The translations under genes were made by a program, and so were the position numbers. From the human T2T-CHM13v2.0 reference genome, Homo sapiens: a DNA stretch of 64,000 nt. The stretch is from assembly GCF_009914755.1 (NCBI RefSeq), contig NC_060928.1; one strand, 5' to 3'. Below are positions 14,198 to 27,229 of this stretch, one piece after another. The notes beneath the pieces were generated by a model, which did not search any database, was not told the DNA's origin, and saw only the letters and a program-made list of their open reading frames with translations. Positions within the stretch are counted from its first letter, which is position 1. Every line of letters starts with the position of its first letter.

Positions 14198-14603
14198 ACA
14201 TGCTATCTGCAACAACCAGTTCAGGAAACCAAACCATAGCCCCTCTAGCAGTTGGCCCAAAATGGCCAGGACTTCGTGAACAGCTGAAAGCTTTTCTAAT
14301 TCCTCTCTGTCCCACTGTCAACTTAAGGTCAACCAAGGAAATACAAATATGCTTCCCTAACCAATTATATAGGATGCAGCACTTCTAATTAGCCTGCCTA
14401 CAGCTTCCCATTCCAACAGCCTCCAATCAGGGCATACCTGAACCTTTCCCTTTTTCTTTTCTCCACCATAAAGTTCTCCCACTCCTCTGCCTGCTTTTGA
14501 GCTTCTGTCAAACACAAGTGATGGTAGTTGACCCCCTTGCTGTAGGACGTGCTGAATAAATAGTCTTCACTTGTGCTGACTCTGGTGGTCTTTATTTCCA
14601 CAC
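14198..14603 (+). mobile_element. ERV1-class LTR fragment (MER34/MER39-like)
   Basis: aacaaccagttcaggaaacc..ccaatcagggcatacctgaa..aataaa..ctctggtggtctttatttccaca terminal. Confidence 0.6.
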
Positions 14604-14952
14604 TCAAATGTGCTGTATGGATTAGCAGAAACCCAGTTTCAATCTCACTGTATCCTTTCCCTTTTCTCAATCTTGAGGATTCTGCTCAGTTTCATTTATT
14701 GTTTAATTAATTCTTTCTCCAGTGTTGCACTCAGTTGAGATACATTGCCAACATCTTTTTAAAATACTTGCCATCATTGATGTCGTCCTGTTCCTTGTAA
14801 TGTGCATGATGTTTTAATTAAAGACAGGATTCCTTAGGTACAGTCTTCCCTCTTGGTTATTAGTAGTCTTCATCTACTGTCTTAAAGTTTCTAGTTATGT
14901 GGATGAGAAATGTAATTCTTCTTCTTTTGGGGGAAAATATTTTTTAACACTT

Positions 14953-15383
14953 GTCTTAGTTGATTTTGTGTTGCTATAACAGAATACCTGACACTGGGTC
15001 ATTTATAAATATAATAATTTATTGTTATTTATAAAGATAATAATTTATTTGGCTCACAATTCTGGCTCAAATTTGGCTCACAATTCTGGAGGCTGTGAAG
15101 TCCAAGATTGAGCAGCCCATCTGGTGAGTGTCTTGTGCTGCTTTAACTCATGGTAGAAAGTGCAAGGGGAAGTGGGCACATGCAAAAAGGCACACAGGAG
15201 AGTCTAACCAATTCCCACAAGAGAACTCACTTACTCACTGGAGAGGGCATTCATGAAGGCAGTGCCCCCATCATCCAAACATCTCCCATTAGGCCACACC
15301 TCCTAATGCTACCAAAGTGAGAATCAGATTTCAACGTGAGTTTTGGCAGGGGGTGGGGGTAATCACATCCAAACCTTAGCAAC
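14953..15383 (-). mobile_element. MST-type MaLR solo LTR
   Basis: tgtcttagtt..gttgctataacagaatacctgacactggg..catctcccattaggcc..catccaaaccttagca. Confidence 0.85.
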
Positions 15384-16209
15384 ATTTAAGTTTTCTCATA
15401 AACCCAGGAGCTCAGGCATTGTACCGGGATACACTGGGTATGCATGTCTTCTTATCAGTCTTGAACTCTAACACACTTTCCACCTGTAGGCTCAGGTCTT
15501 TCATAAGCCTAGGTAAGCTTTTTTGTTGTTGCTATTTTCTTTCCCTAATCTGTTCCCTTTTTACCTGGTAGCACTTCTATCATTTCTTAAATCTTCTATG
15601 CTTTCCTTCATGATTTGTGTCTAAAATTATATTCATTTTAAAATACATTTGCACTTGATCTCCAAGCCTACTAATTTAGTTCCCTATACAGATCACTCTT
15701 CCTCACTTTACTACTGAATTATTTATTTAGGAAATTATTATTTTTACCCCAGGATGTCTCTTTAGAGCTTCACTAAAACCTTCATAAGTGTTCTATTTTT
15801 TATTATTTTTATAATCAAAATGTCATCTGTCTCCTTCAGCAATCGTTTTAGTAGTTGTGCATTTTTATTCATTGCCTTATTCTTCATATTTTTTACTGGG
15901 CTCCCCTGGGCTTCTTTAAGTGGCTTCTTGAGATTTTATAGATCTCCAAGGCACAAATCCTTTGGCCTCTTGTGGGGCAGATTGAAGAGGTACACTCATG
16001 CAGAACCAAAAACTACCTACTTAAGGTGTCCAGAAATCTCCTTTCAGAATCCACCACTCTCTGGCCTTTGGCCTGGGGTTATTGATGCTAACCTTAGGTT
16101 TTTCCACCCCAATAGAGCCAAAATAAAATCCATGATTTTCACCTACATCTGGAGCCCCACACAGTTTAGCATCACAGTTGTCTAGCACTGCTTAGAAGCG
16201 CCAAAATTG

Positions 16210-16740
16210 TTGACTCAGGATTAATTGGTTTGAAAGCAGACGAGGGTGATTTTCTAGGAACCATATTGCTGGAATCCTTTTGTCTATAAGCAGAAGTAGA
16301 TCAAGTGTGCATAAGTCCTATCATCACTCACTCTTTCAAGCTATATTAGGGGTACAGTATCATAATCCCTCTCTTACTCTTTCAAGCTATTTTATGTCAC
16401 TATCACTTCTTTCAGCTCGAATAAACACAAAACCCAGAGAGCACTTAGAGGGAGAAGAGATTGATCAGCAGCTCAATCTCTTTTTCTTTTGCTCAGCATC
16501 CTCAGCAGGTTGCTTTCAGCTTCACAGAGTTGTTTACAAAGACAGAAAGGAGAGAGTAGTGGAGAGGTAATGCTGCCCCCATTCCCACGTAGAAAGCTTT
16601 CCCCTTGGTCAAATCAGATTCACATGATTACCTTAGCTGCAAGAGAGCCTGGGAAAGAGGGTGATTCACATTTTTAACATTTATCATGGTGAGAGAAGGA
16701 AATTGCTGTTAGGCACGCAACTGATATGGCTTGCCATATT
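16210..16740 (-). mobile_element. Old MLT1 LTR fragments
   Basis: tggtcaaatcagattcacatgattaccttagctgcaagagagcctgggaaa. Confidence 0.45.
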
Positions 16741-17942
16741 CTCAGAGGACTATTAGGGTTTAAGTCATGGGGTGGGAAAAATATGTCTCTGGCTACCTAA
16801 TAAATCTGTTTTCTTGAATTGAGTGATAGCTGCCTCCTTCTGCTTGTGGAGTGTCCATGTGTGTGGGGCAGTGTTGAAGACAGACATGTCATTTTCCCAA
16901 TATCTCTTGTCCTGCTACTCTGCCTCAAGGCTTCATCTGTACTTTGTGCTTAAAAATTCCTCCTGAAATCTGGCATATCTTTGATCAACAGTCCTAGCTT
17001 CTAACATTGTTGAAAATTTACATTTGCTTTTGAGATTTCCTAAGAATTTCATGGGAAAGTTGATAAAGGGTGTGGGGTGTGGTTTCTGAATGCCCTTGGC
17101 TTTGGTGCCAGAATTGGCATCAAGGACTTGGCCCCAGTGACTCCACAGTGAAGCAGGTGCTCCTTTGCATTCACCCAACTGCATGATGTCAGTGGCTGCA
17201 GCCACGGACGACTGATGTCACCCAAGGCAAGGTGAGGGCAGATCAGTCCCTGTTAACCACAATTCTATATACAATCTTGAGAAGATATTTTTCAACGTAC
17301 AGAAAGAAAGCCTAATTGACAGCCAAGAGCTTAGCGGCTTTGAAGTTGTTAATGAACAAGATAATAACAGGTTTTACTTTTTGCAATGGTATAATTTTTC
17401 CTCTAAAAATTTCTGCTAATTTTTGGGAATTGTGATAAAAGAATCACCCTTAATGTTAGGTGATTAATTTATGCTACACTAGATCATATGACATATGGTG
17501 ACTGCAAATGATCTAATACTCAAAGGCAGTTTTTCAGAAGGAGCAGAAAAGGCAAGTCAGGGTTAGCAAAGTCCAGGCAGAGACCTGGACTATACTGAAC
17601 TATACTGTTTAGATAAAAAAATACTGAATTATTTTAAAAAATGAATGTTTTAGCGAATGAGCACAGTTTTATATGATGAGAATGAAGTTAGCAGTTTGTG
17701 ATTGTTTGGCTAGCCATGGAGAGCCTTCTACTCCAAATGAGGAGTTTATCTAGTTATGATGAAATATTTTGGGGAAGAGGGATAAAATAGAAAAAAAATT
17801 AGCAATAGGTTTAAAAAATCTTTCATATGACATATTTTCTTCTTGATTCTTAGAGGATGAAGCACCCATCACCGCCTGTTACATTGATTTAGATAAGCCC
17901 CAAGTGTCTAATCCCCAAACATAAAACATTCGGTTGTCTCAT

Positions 17943-18016
17943 GGTATCTTGCCACTCAAAATGTGGTCCAGAGGCCAGCAGTATCTTATCACTTGGGAGC
18001 TAGTTAAAAATGTAGA
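17943..18016. mobile_element. MER5A-family (hAT-Charlie) element, left part, split by the SAR1A retrocopy
   Basis: ctcaaaatgtggtccagaggccagcagtatc..acttgggagctagttaaaaatgtaga resembles the MER5A end (ctcaaagtgtggtcc..ccagcagcatc..ctgggagcttgttagaaatgca). Confidence 0.75.
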
Positions 18017-18020
18017 ACCC

Positions 18021-20924
18021 ATACATCCAGCAAGTAGCTGGATTGTATGCTCTGAGTGAGGGTCCGAGCCACCTGCCATTTTGCTGGAGGAGCCCCTTGG
18101 GCTGTAATAAACATTTATAATGTCTTTCATCTTTGAGTGGATCTGCAGTGGCTTCAGCAGTGTGCCCCAATTCCTAGGACTCAACAAGAAATCTGGAAAA
18201 CTTTTATTCGTAGGTTTAAACAATACAGACAAAACCATTCTTCTTCACATGATCAAAGATGACAGATTGGGCCAACATATTCCAACACTACATCTGACAT
18301 CAAAAGAGCTAACAATTGTTGGAATGACTTTTACAACTTTTGACCTTGGTCAGCATGAACAAGCATGTCGAGTTTGGAAAAATTGTCTCCCAGCAATGAA
18401 TGGGATTATCTTTCTGGTGGACTGTGCAGATCATTCTTGCCTTATAGAATCCAAAGTTGAGCTTAATTCTTTAATGGCTGATGAAACAATATCCACTATG
18501 CCAATCCTTATCTTGGGTAACAAAATTGACAGAACAGATACAATCAGTGCAGAAAAACTCGGTGAGATATTTGGGCTTTATGGACAGACCACAGGAAAGG
18601 GGAATGTGACCCTGAAACAGCTGAATGTTCGCCCCGCGGAAGTGTTCACGTGCAGTGTGCTCCAGAGGCAAACCTACAGGGAGGGTTTCTGAAGTTTTGA
18701 CAGTGAAAATAAGAGTTTCACTTCTCTGGACTGATCCTATTCACAGCTTCCTCATGAACTTTTCTAATAGAACAAGGAAAGCTCTGCAACTATGTCTGGC
18801 ATTGTGAAGCCTAGAGTCTCTGTCAACTCTCTCACTACCCAGTAGTGATATGTGCCCTTCTCCACACCGTTGGAAGGTAATGCTACCCCACGTGCAGTAT
18901 TCTGGTCAGTATCCTGGGACTTGGAAGTTGGCAGGATTTGCCGGGTAAAGCTGTGTGCCATTGTGGGGCACCTGAAAAGAAAATCATGTCTCACCACTGT
19001 AATTGATTTTAAAAAAAAGCGATTCTATTTTTTAAAGAAAGTGTTGTTAATGTAATTGGTATCCCTCCTCACTTTTTTAGTTCTCAGTTTACTTGGTCTA
19101 GAGTTTTCCATTCTTTTTTATTAACTAGTTAATGATACTTAGATACTTCATAAAATTATGCGCAGATACACATTGGAGACCAGAGCTCATTTGGGTGAAC
19201 TTACTCCTGCTGAGTTAGCAGGTTGGTGAGCGAAACTCCCCTGAGCACATCTGTCTCTCTAACTGCCTTGGAGTAGGTGGCATTATCCTGTCCACACAGA
19301 GCCAGAAAAGGGACAGAACTCTGGCCTTGCAGTTGTGGCAGGTTTCACTGTGGTAAACTAGGGTCATTCCTCATCAAGGAATGTGTAGCAGATTGTTGAC
19401 TGTGGAGGAGTTAATTATAGAGTGGGTTATTCTTATTTACAAAGTTACAGATTTCATCCAGTCTCTGCTTTTGTACTTTTGTGAAATTTTATTTCTCTCT
19501 ATAGCATCTTTTTCATTTTTGGTTATAAAAAGTGACTTTCGCTTTTTAAAAGAGTTGAGAACATCTCTCATGTCACATACTGCAGGTGTGTCAGTTACTT
19601 TTGCATAGATTCGAGGGGGATATTTTTCTAAATAGGAAGACAGGACAAAGTTAACAGTTTAAGGGCTCTTAATTCTGTGAGTTGAGGACTTAAAAGTATT
19701 GTAGTACTTGTTTGGATCCAGAAAATTTTACTCAGTGAGCTTTAAAATTTCCATTTGTAGCATTTGGTCTCCATTGGGCTGTGCATGAACTATTTTTCTT
19801 ACATCTTTTCTCCTTAGATATCTATGTTGTTGGTATTAAAGTATGAGTTAACATCTGTAGCTTTTCCAGGTTTGTTTGTTTGGTTTTTTGGTATGAAATT
19901 GCCTTTCTCCATTGCAGAAATAAGCTGGGGGAAACACTGACCCAAAAACTTTCTGTAGAGCTGTTCCTTGGGAGATAGCATCACTTATCGACAGTAAAGA
20001 CTCTGTATAAAAGCACCAGCATCCCTACCAGGATGATGAGGTTTAATTTTATAGCATTCCATTTTCCTTGTACCACATGTAAAATTGAATTTTGGTGATC
20101 TTAACATATATTCTACCCTTGTAGTAAAAGATCAAACAATAGATCTCCTAGGGAAAGATAACATAGGAGATGAAAAGTTGGGAGGATATCTGTATTCTAA
20201 TGTGAGGGTAGGGAAAGTGCAGATAATATATTTCCAGGGTAAGAGAGTATCCTTCTTTAGTTGCAGTTTTCATTCTCAGTCTTCAGTGCTGACTTGTTGG
20301 GAAAGCACACTTCTTCACTGCCGGGTACCTAATGCAGAGGCTCAGTGAAGTGTACGTCTGGGATGTTCATGCATTTCACTTATTAGTAAGCATAGCTGGA
20401 TTAAGACAATTGTTGGTTTGGAAAGGGGTTAAAGCCTTAAGCGAAAAAATCTACCTAATAGTGAATGAACTATGTAATTAACTTGGATATTTTTAAGTTC
20501 CTATGGTTAAAGGTTCCCCATACTTCTCTATTCAGAGACATGAGAAGTATGATTGCTTCAGTGTTAGTTTTCTTACTTTTTTTTCCTATTTGTCCCTAGT
20601 CACTTTGTTGCAAGCTAGAAAACTGGGGGTTCTACATAGGGCAGCTCTTTGTGAAAGTGTTTTATCCCACTGGAGAAAGGGGATTGAAAATCAGTTAGGA
20701 CCAGTGTATTTCTTGCCCCACCGAACACTATTCCTATAATAAAATAGCTGAAAGAAGCTGCTGGGTGGAGCTTCGGCACCTTGTACAGGAATTCCAATGA
20801 ATTAAGACTTTTCATTCTGTTTTAGCAGTACATATATGTCCTATTTCGGGAAAAGTAAAACCGTCATTTACAAAAGAATGTCAATCTGTATCCTAAGCAT
20901 TTATATAAAAAGTTAAAACAAAAC
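18021..20924 (+). pseudogene. Processed retrocopy of SAR1A (COPII small GTPase) mRNA: 5'UTR, intronless CDS and ~2.2-kb 3'UTR
   Basis: The intronless ORF translates to [50 protein letters not shown], typical of SAR1A rather than SAR1B. The upstream sequence resembles the recalled SAR1A 5'UTR. It ends in TATAAA and a short A-rich remnant (20904-20924) and is flanked by an imperfect TSD, aaaaatgtaga / gaaagtgtaga. Which SAR1AP locus this is cannot be fixed from sequence alone. Confidence 0.95.
18120..18692 (+). CDS. Open 190-aa SAR1A-like reading frame within the retrocopy (probably not a functional GTPase)
   Basis: The ORF track shows no internal stop or frameshift. About 36 substitutions against recalled SAR1A. 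P-loop GLDNAGKT becomes [13 protein letters not shown] becomes DLGQH, and the C-terminal RWLSQYID is absent. Confidence 0.45.
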
Positions 20925-21016
20925 GAAAGTGTAGAGTCTTAGACAGCACCTATATCTACAGAACCAGAGCCTCATTTTACCAGATCCCCTGGTACATTGG
21001 TATTGGAGAAGCACTG
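20925..21016. mobile_element. MER5A-family element, right part
   Basis: gaaagtgtagagtctt..gaaccagagcctcattttaccagatcccctgg..ttggagaagcactg continues the MER5A1-like consensus to its terminal gagaagcactg. Confidence 0.7.
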
Positions 21017-21363
21017 ACATGGCATCTGAGAGTGGGGATGGTATGAAAGTGAGAAGGCAAAACTGATCATCTTATTTCAAGACACTGTGGCAATTATGTG
21101 GTTTAAATTTCTTTATTACTTTACTACTTTTAGGTTTGGCTTACTTGGCTTACTTTTCAGGCTCAGCCTTCTTCACTGAGAATTACACACACCCAAAGCT
21201 TTTCATGTACTTATTTCTACCAGAGACTTCACCCAGTGCCTGTGTTTTCAGTATTAGAAGCGTTTTTTTGCATTAAGTGTGGGCAGAGGTTAAAATATTC
21301 ATGTGTTCCCTAAAATAGGTAATGCATTATGCTGTTTTCACATGAGGCAAGATTTGTTCTAGT

Positions 21364-21366
<3 letters not shown>

Positions 21367-21411
<45 letters not shown>
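21367..21411 (+). repeat. (TG)n microsatellite
   Basis: Directly visible. Confidence 0.95.
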
Positions 21412-21842
21412 TTGAAATAATCATGAAGCAGGGACTAAAGAAGTTGGAATTAAAAGTTTGCATCTAGAAGAGGGACAAATCTGAGACATGAAGCGTGGCT
21501 GTGAGGACCGTGGGAAGCAGGGGGCAAGGAGCAGCCTGGGAAATGGAGCTGTGAGGGATTAACACGGGAAAGGTGGGAGGTACATCTCAGAAACAGTTGA
21601 CTTGGGGTCAGCTCCAACACTGTCTACTTACTGTAAATAAATTGTTCAAATAACACATTTGATTCCCTCTGCAACTCTTTCCTGAGACAAATATCACTCA
21701 GAATCTTCCTGCCTGAATTCCTGAAGAGTTAAACAAAGCATCACCTTTCAGATAATTCTTTCATCTAAACAGGGTATCTAAAATGTCTTCTATTTAACTT
21801 TTTAGTTCTGTACCAGAGTAATGCTTTAAGATTACTATATAA

Positions 21843-22228
<386 letters not shown>

Positions 22229-25200
22229 TAAATGTTGGAAAAAGATTGTTTTTTGTTTCCGTTTTTCTTTTTGTTTTTCCTATTTCAACAGTGAGGAGTA
22301 TTGCAGCATCCACAATATTGCTCTACAATGATGTTTCTTAAGTCTATACGTTTTTCACTGAACGAAGTGACAATTTTATTTAAATGCTTTAATTCTTTGA
22401 GATGGAAAGTGAATACTGCCATCTCTGGGTGCTTGCTATGTGCCAGCTCTGGCACTAAGACGATTAAGATAAATATTTTAGGAGGAATAGAAACTATTTC
22501 AGAGCATTTTCATATGAAAATGGTTCTAAAGAAAATGTGCTCAGAAATTTTGTAACAAATCCCCGGCCCACAACTTACCTCCCTGTCCTTGCCTCACAGG
22601 CATGTGCAGAATCAGATGAGTTGGGCTCAAGCCTCACTTGGGCATGTCACTGAATAGACTTTTTGTTGCTTGTCATCTAAATATTGAATCCTGAAACTCC
22701 TGTGGTAGAAAAAGTTATTGAGCACCTTGAAAAGTATAGAAATCTATCATTAAATGATAGACTTAGATTTTTAAAGTATCTTACTAGTTGTACAAATAGT
22801 CGAAATAATTTTCTTGTTAGTAAAAAATGGCACTTTGCTAATCTTATCCCAAATTATATTTAAATACTTTGTGATACAAAGTTATTAATACCTGAGGAGC
22901 TACACGACATGAGAATGATTTTTAATCTAATTTCTGTTGCTCTAACCTCTGTACTCCTGTTTATAACTCCAGCCTAACATAATATTCTCTTCTTACATCC
23001 CAAAAGCTTATTATTATTTTATTCCAAAATCTCATAATTTTTTCAAGCTTGCCACAAATATCAAATCTTAAAGTACATAAATCTGTATTAAATCTTTCTG
23101 GTAAACTAGATATGATCCTTATTCTTTGACCTTTATTAGTTGCTAGGGACATACATTCTCTTCTGATTCTAGTGAAGATGAAATTTTTCCCATACATTTC
23201 TTAGTCATTTTTTTATAATTTTTATTATTTTTTGGTAGAGTCTGCTTATTTCCATTATCTTTATATCTATTGATACAATAGTAGCACATTAGATTTGTTA
23301 TCACATTTTATGTATTATGGGTGTCAGTTTTTTGGTCATACTTTATTCACCTATTTCCCAGGTTACAATTTGCCTTTAGTTTTTGATTATTTTGTTTGTT
23401 TTAGTTTTAAATTTTAAGTTTTAAATATTTAAGCATTCAGAAGTCTTTAACTGACCTACATCCAGAACAGTTTCTGAAGCAATTTAATGTGAATGATCAT
23501 TCAAAGTCAAATTTGTTAAAATATAATGGCAGATATACATCAGGAGTCTCTTTGGAGATCTGAAACTTTCCTGCAAGGGGCTGCTAGGAGACAGAGACAT
23601 TTAAAATAAATAAATTAATTAATAAACAAAATGCTTTGTTTCCTGAGCATAGTCACTGTTCATTTTGATATCTCAAAATAAACATCTTATAATTCCTATG
23701 CATTATTCAAACATAGAAAGATAAGTGTCTGCATATATAATCAAATGGTCTGCACTGGATAAAATCCAGACTCATTTCGTAAACCAATGTGGAGCCATTT
23801 TTATAGCTTTTCACTCATTTTCTCTAATTGGAAAGAAATTTACATATAATCACAGTTGCAGCATGAAATAGGAGAAATCCATTTTAATCATTTAATATTT
23901 CATTTTAAAAGCCACATATAAAACTTTAAAATATCTGTAGCTTTTTAATTTAAAATTACCATTATTTTTCCAACTATTCAAAATATGAATGAAATTATTT
24001 TGTGGTATGCTATTCAAAATGCCTATTGTGTGTGTGAGTGTGCGTTCTGTATCATTCTGTCTCTGTCTCTACATTTTTTTGGCTAAACTAAAACTCTTTC
24101 TTTTCTCAATATATAGTTACAATTTATTATTCAACTTTGAAGTTGATATTGTGAACTTTAAGATTGTTTATGTAGTAAAGGCTTTGGAAATAAAATAATA
24201 CACATTATAAGTAACATTTTTTTCTGAGTTTCAAATTGAGCTTTGTTAGCTCAGACCCACCAGTTGTAGATATTATTGATATATTGTGGTTACTATAGAA
24301 AACGTATTTGAAACTAGAATTTAGACTTTCTAGATTTATCAAAGGAAACATTTGTTTTCTGAATTTTTGTACTGTGGAATTTTTCAACAGCATAAATGTA
24401 CATAGGCATTACCAGAATTCTGGTGCCTGTATCACATTGTTGGGTTTAGTTTGAGCATGGTTATCTCCTGATCTGACACCACAAAGTCTCCAGGGGCAGG
24501 TCACATGCCTTATACACAGTTCCTAAGTGGGTGTATTTGAGTGTGCTGGGCACTCGATCAATGTTTAATGAATGCATTAATATCTATACAAATAGATGCA
24601 GATATGTTTGAATACTTAAGCATAAATGTTAACTGGATATTTTCCCTTTTGCTGCAAAAAATTTGATGCAGTTTTAAAAATTTGTGTAACAGAATTTATT
24701 CTAGGATCCCCAACGATGGAGAAGCAGCAGCCTCTGAAAGCAGCACACATTTGGCACAGTTAACTCTCCTCCATGATGTCAGCCCTAATGACAAAGGAGG
24801 AAACATTGTGTGTGAGTCAGAAGACATTTCTCCAAATAATGTTCCTAATTAACCAAATATCTAGAGGAGGAACCCCAAAATTATAGCTAGAGTTTCTAAG
24901 CACAGTCTGGAAGCTCAGGATGAGAACTGAAGAGGCATGCCAGATGGATTATAGTTCTGCTTCTTATATTGCAGGGTTCCAAAAACTTCTGCACTTGTTT
25001 ATAAGCCCAGCCTAACATGAGATTCTCTTCTTACATCCCAAAAGTTCATTATTATTTTATTCCAAAATCTCATAATTATTTCAGGCTAGCCACAAATATC
25101 AGATCTTAAGGTATGTAAATTGTTTTAACACTGTTGTTCTGTGTATAATTATGTCAATTCCGTCAAACTTTCACAAGAATAAGATGAACTGCAAATTTGA

Positions 25201-27229
25201 ATATGTACATTTGCAAGGAATATGATGAATATTGGTATTTTTAAATGCTGAACCAATTTCTACAAATGACATAGATGAGTACCAATTTTTAGCAAACCAG
25301 TGGGGGAGAGTGGTACATTAAATAAAGAGGTGGTATTAAGTAACTTTTGGCAGGAAAAATATGACTATTTTTTTCAGAGCCTTTTAATTACTTTAGATCT
25401 TTGGAGCCAAATTTTGAACCGATTTGCAAAGTATATATTATGCCACATCTTTTCCTCCCCACAATATTTAATGTTTCCTCTTCAGTTCCCCCCGCCCCAC
25501 CCCCTTAGTTTCGCAGCTCTTCATGAACAATATGCACTCCTTCAAAGAAAGAAAAGCAATTTGATCCTCTTGGTAGAAATCTGCCCAAGGTTTGGTATTC
25601 ACAGAACAGCATGGCTCACCTTTCCCTGAGCTGGGAGTCAAGAATGTTTCATTATTTTACCATTAAAACCTTGTGGTTCAAAAGTCCTAAGATCAAGTAG
25701 AGCTACATATTTCTTTCTCTTCAAATAAGCAAGCAAAATAGACATCTATTATATCAGAATGTACTCATTTGTAAATAGAATAGACTTGTATTGTGGTCCC
25801 TCATCGATGACTGATCACTTAACCTCCATTGTAAGTGACATTGAATATTATAGATGCTAAGTTTTAAAAACGTTAACAAAAAGCATACTTCTGTTTTCAG
25901 GTCAATTTTTCTTTAATCCATGATTTGGCTTAGATATAGAAGCAGCAGGTTTAGTGTAGAGATGCTCTTAATATAGATGGAGAAACACAGTGTCTCATTA
26001 GAATACTAATGTTTGAGAATCCTCACAGTGTCAGCAAAGTTAATGGATGCCCTCAGAACTGAGCCTGCTGGGATGATAGCTCACTGACAGAGGGCTCCAT
26101 GGTTTACAAAACCAATAAGTCAACAGTATCAAATATTCACAGAAGGAATACACAAATCTGGCAAGCAATATGATTTCATTTCATTGCAAATCCAGTAAGC
26201 AATATGATTTCATTTCGTTGCTCAGGAATTGTGTGTTTTGAGGGATGTTAAGCTTTAAATAAATTAGTTTAATTTGTTTGTAGTACATATTTTGCTAATA
26301 CACATTCTGATTAAGCCCATGACCTAAATTAATGCACACCTTGTACTTAAGTGGTAAAGGAAAGCACTTCTGAAAATATCTCCTAATCAGTTACATTTTA
26401 TTGTGATCCTACGTGTTTTAATCATTATGATTCAGTAAAGAAGAAAACTAACTTGATGTTCTGAAGTCATGATGCTCAGTCTAAATTGCTGACCCTATCC
26501 AAAGCCTGACATCCATGTGTCAGCCAAGGTAAAAATTGTTCCACAAATAAAGTATCTCATGAGACCTTCAAGGTTAAGGACACTTTGTCTCTAGCATTAT
26601 TTAGTGTCACTCTAAAACTGCATATAAACCTAAGAACAAAGTAATTCTTTAGAAAACTCAATTGTTAAATTGAGGCAACTCTAATTTCAATAATCTGAAG
26701 GTTTTTTCTAATTTATATATATTAGAAATATCTAATATATTTAAATAAATGTCTAATATATAAAAATATATATTAGATATACATCATATCTATGAATTTA
26801 ACTATCTTCAATATGAGTACAAATGATCATATTTGCTAATGGACAAGGCCCATATTAGGAGAGTGGAAAATAACTAGTTTATATTTTGCAACACATTCCT
26901 CAAGTCAGCAGCTGTTAATGAGAGTGAGTTTGGCAAACACAATCTTCATAGTGAAGCTTGCTCTCTTATATTGTCTTTAGCCCATATAGACTTCTAGTCT
27001 GGAGTATATTTTGGGAGAAGATGGGGAGCACAGATATGAAGATAAAAGAGATAAAAGAGACACAAAAGCAGATTTCAATAACGTTATTGTGTCATTTATT
27101 TAAGTCTACCTAGCCTACTACACCTTCTACATGGCCATTTCTGCATGCATGGAGTGCTGGGAATTATCCATAATTTGGTTTAGATATCTAACCATGATTT
27201 GGTTAGATATAGATTTGCATACAGGGATT

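Noticed and set aside
15820-16570. 121-aa and 96-aa ORFs
   Set aside because: No recognisable domain. They overlap or adjoin degraded repeat-like sequence and their lengths are compatible with chance.
22262-22300. Strong-looking splice acceptor (similar ones near 7368, 9115 and 48516)
   Set aside because: No convincing paired donor or reading frame. Such sites are common by chance in T-rich DNA.
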